This document shows positions 61,940-64,000 of a stretch of DNA of 64,000 bases, one piece after another; position 1 is the first letter of the stretch, and every line of letters starts with the position of its first letter. The position numbers and the translations under genes are program-made. The stretch is from Squalus acanthias (Eukaryota): contig CM059431.1 of assembly GCA_030390025.1 (NCBI GenBank), positions 140,556,001 through 140,620,000 on the forward strand, read 5' to 3'. The notes below the pieces were generated by a model, which saw only the letters and a list, made by a program, of their open reading frames with translations, was not told the origin of the DNA and made no database searches.

Positions 61940-64000
61940 TCAATTTGGTAGCAATGATGCACTTGTTAAATGTGTAAAAGGTAATGGCATATTAAACCTA
62001 AATACTTGGGGAATTGATTCTTCTGTAACAGTTATTGGTATCACTAATGACGCTACACAGGTTGATATGACCAGAGATGATGTATCTGATTTAGTAGATG
62101 GTGAGATTGTTATTGTACTGACCAGAGAAGATGTATCTAATTTAGTAGATGGTGAGATTGTTATTGTACTGACCATAGAAGATGTATCTAATTTAGTAGA
62201 TGGTGAAACTGCTTTTGTACCGACCAGAGAAGATGTATCTGATTTAGTAGATGGTGAAGGTGCTATTGTACTGACCAGAGAAGATGTATCTGATTTAGTA
62301 GATGGTGAGGGTGTTATTGTACTGACCAGAGAAGATGTATCTGATTTAGTAGATGGTGAAGGTGCTATTGTACTGACCAGAGAAGATGTATCTGATTTAG
62401 TAGATGGTGAGGGTGTTATTGTACTGACCAGAGAAGATGTATCTGATTTAGTAGATGGTGAGGTTGTTATTGTACTGACCAGAGAAGCTGTATCTGATTT
62501 AATAGATGGTGAGGGTGTTATTGTACTGACCAGTGAAGATGTATCTGATTTAGTAGATGGTGAAGGTGCTATTGTACTGACCAGAGTAGGTGTATCTGAT
62601 TTAGTAGATGGTGAGGGTGTTATTGTACTGACCAGAGAAGATGTATCTCATGTAGTAGATGGTGAAGGTGCTACTGTACGGACCAGAGAAGATGTATCTG
62701 ATTTAGTAGAGGTAAAGGTGTTATTGTACTGACCAGAGAAGATGTTACTGATTTAGTAGTTGGTGAGGGTGGCATTGTACTGACCAGAGAAGATGTATCT
62801 GATTTAGTAGATAGTGAAGGTGTTATTGTACTGACCAGAGGAGGTGTATCTTATTTAGTAGATGGTAAAGGTGTTATTGAACTGACCAGAGAAGATGTAT
62901 CTGATTTAGAAGATGGTGAAGGTGCTATTCTTCTCATCAGGAAAGAAGAATCTATGCTGAAATATAGTGAGGTGCTATTGAAATTGAGAGATGATGTATC
63001 CGAATCAATAGATGATGAAGCTGCTTCTCTACTCGCCTGTGAATGATGTAGCCTGACTTAGTGATGATGAACGTGCTGTAATACTGATCTGGAGTGTTGT
63101 AGCCTGATTAGTGGATGAGAGTGGTACTATTCTGAACTGGGATAGTGTAGCCTAATTAATAGATGATGATGGTGCTGTACTGACCTGGGATGGTGTAGTC
63201 TGATTAATAGATGATGATGGTGCTGTACTGACCTGGGATGGTGTAGTCTGCTTTATAGACGATGATGGTGCTGTATTGACCTCGGATGTTGTAGCCTGAT
63301 TTATAGATGATGATGATGATGCTGTATTGACCTGGGATGGTGTTGTCTGATTTATAGATGATGATGGTGCTGTATTGATCTGGGATGGTGTAGTCTGCTT
63401 TATAGACGATGATGGTGATGTATTGACCTGGGATGGTGTAGTCTGATTTATAGAGGTCGATGGTGCTGTATTCACCTGGGATGGAGTAGTCTGCTTTATA
63501 GATGATGATAGTGCTGTATTGACCTGGGATGGTGGAGTCTCATTTATAGATGATGATGGTGTTGTATTGACCTGGGATGGTGGAGTCTGATTTATAGATG
63601 ATGATGGCGCTGTATTGACCTGGGATGGTGTAGTCTGTTTTATAGACGATGATGGTGATGTATTGACCTGGGATGGTGTAGTCTGATTTATAGAGGTCGA
63701 TGGCGCTGTATTCACCTGGGATGGTGTAGTCTGCTTTATAGATGATGAACGGACTCTAGCACTGACCTGGAATTTTTTAGACACCGCAAAAGTTAATGTC
63801 AATGCTGAATGTAAAGCCGGAAGCAGCATTGGTCTCATAGTGACAGCTGATGACTGTTGCATGGTTCTACCTGTCAGGGAGGGTGGAAACACATTGTTGT
63901 TTTCGTTCGATGATGGTGCCTTTACCTTGTTGGAAGACGGAGGCACATTCGCACTGGACAAGCTGGGCACACTCGCACTGCTCACGATAGGTACAGTCTC
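61940..64000 (-). pseudogene. Mucin-like Pro/Thr/Ser tandem-repeat exon with disabling lesions
   Basis: Two related 51-bp (17-aa) arrays: TAPSSSINQTTPSQVN-type (63150-63745) and SPSTKSDTSSLVSTIT-type (62065-62935). In-frame TAG at 63154-63152, +1 shift near 63040, TAA at 62833-62831 and a 50-bp unit at 62701-62750. Probably continues beyond the window. Confidence 0.6.

Noticed and set aside
61935..62732. 265-aa acidic repeat ORF on + (TREDVSDLVDGEGVIVL)n
   Set aside because: It is the antisense mirror of the Ser/Thr/Pro repeat frame and starts at a non-ATG codon.

Overview
This is repeat-rich vertebrate DNA, most likely from a shark or ray, inferred from an HE1/V-SINE, dense CR1 LINEs and shark-type NLR and GPR139-like genes. 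Three host genes are visible and all three carry lesions. (1) The 3' four exons of a NACHT-LRR (NLR) immune receptor lie on + at 696-5307. The NACHT exon is intact but the first LRR exon has a 1-bp deletion. (2) A GPR139-like class A GPCR pseudogene lies on - at 16740-18379, split by a MITE and carrying two frameshifts. (3) A decayed mucin-like PTS-repeat exon lies on - at ~61940-64000. The rest is CR1 LINEs (one near full length, 42458-47080), L2 and SINE fragments, a dead Harbinger transposase, a Myb/SANT remnant, three Harbinger-type MITEs, a solo LTR, a tRNA-Lys pseudogene and several minisatellite or satellite arrays. I found no convincing new biological system. The best leads are the frameshifted but skippable NLR LRR exon, a duplicated promoter-like module whose motifs survive in only one copy, and a near-perfect 1,941-bp higher-order duplication in a 26-bp satellite. 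All calls were made by eye without database searches, and repeat boundaries are approximate unless TIRs, TSDs or splice sites are given.
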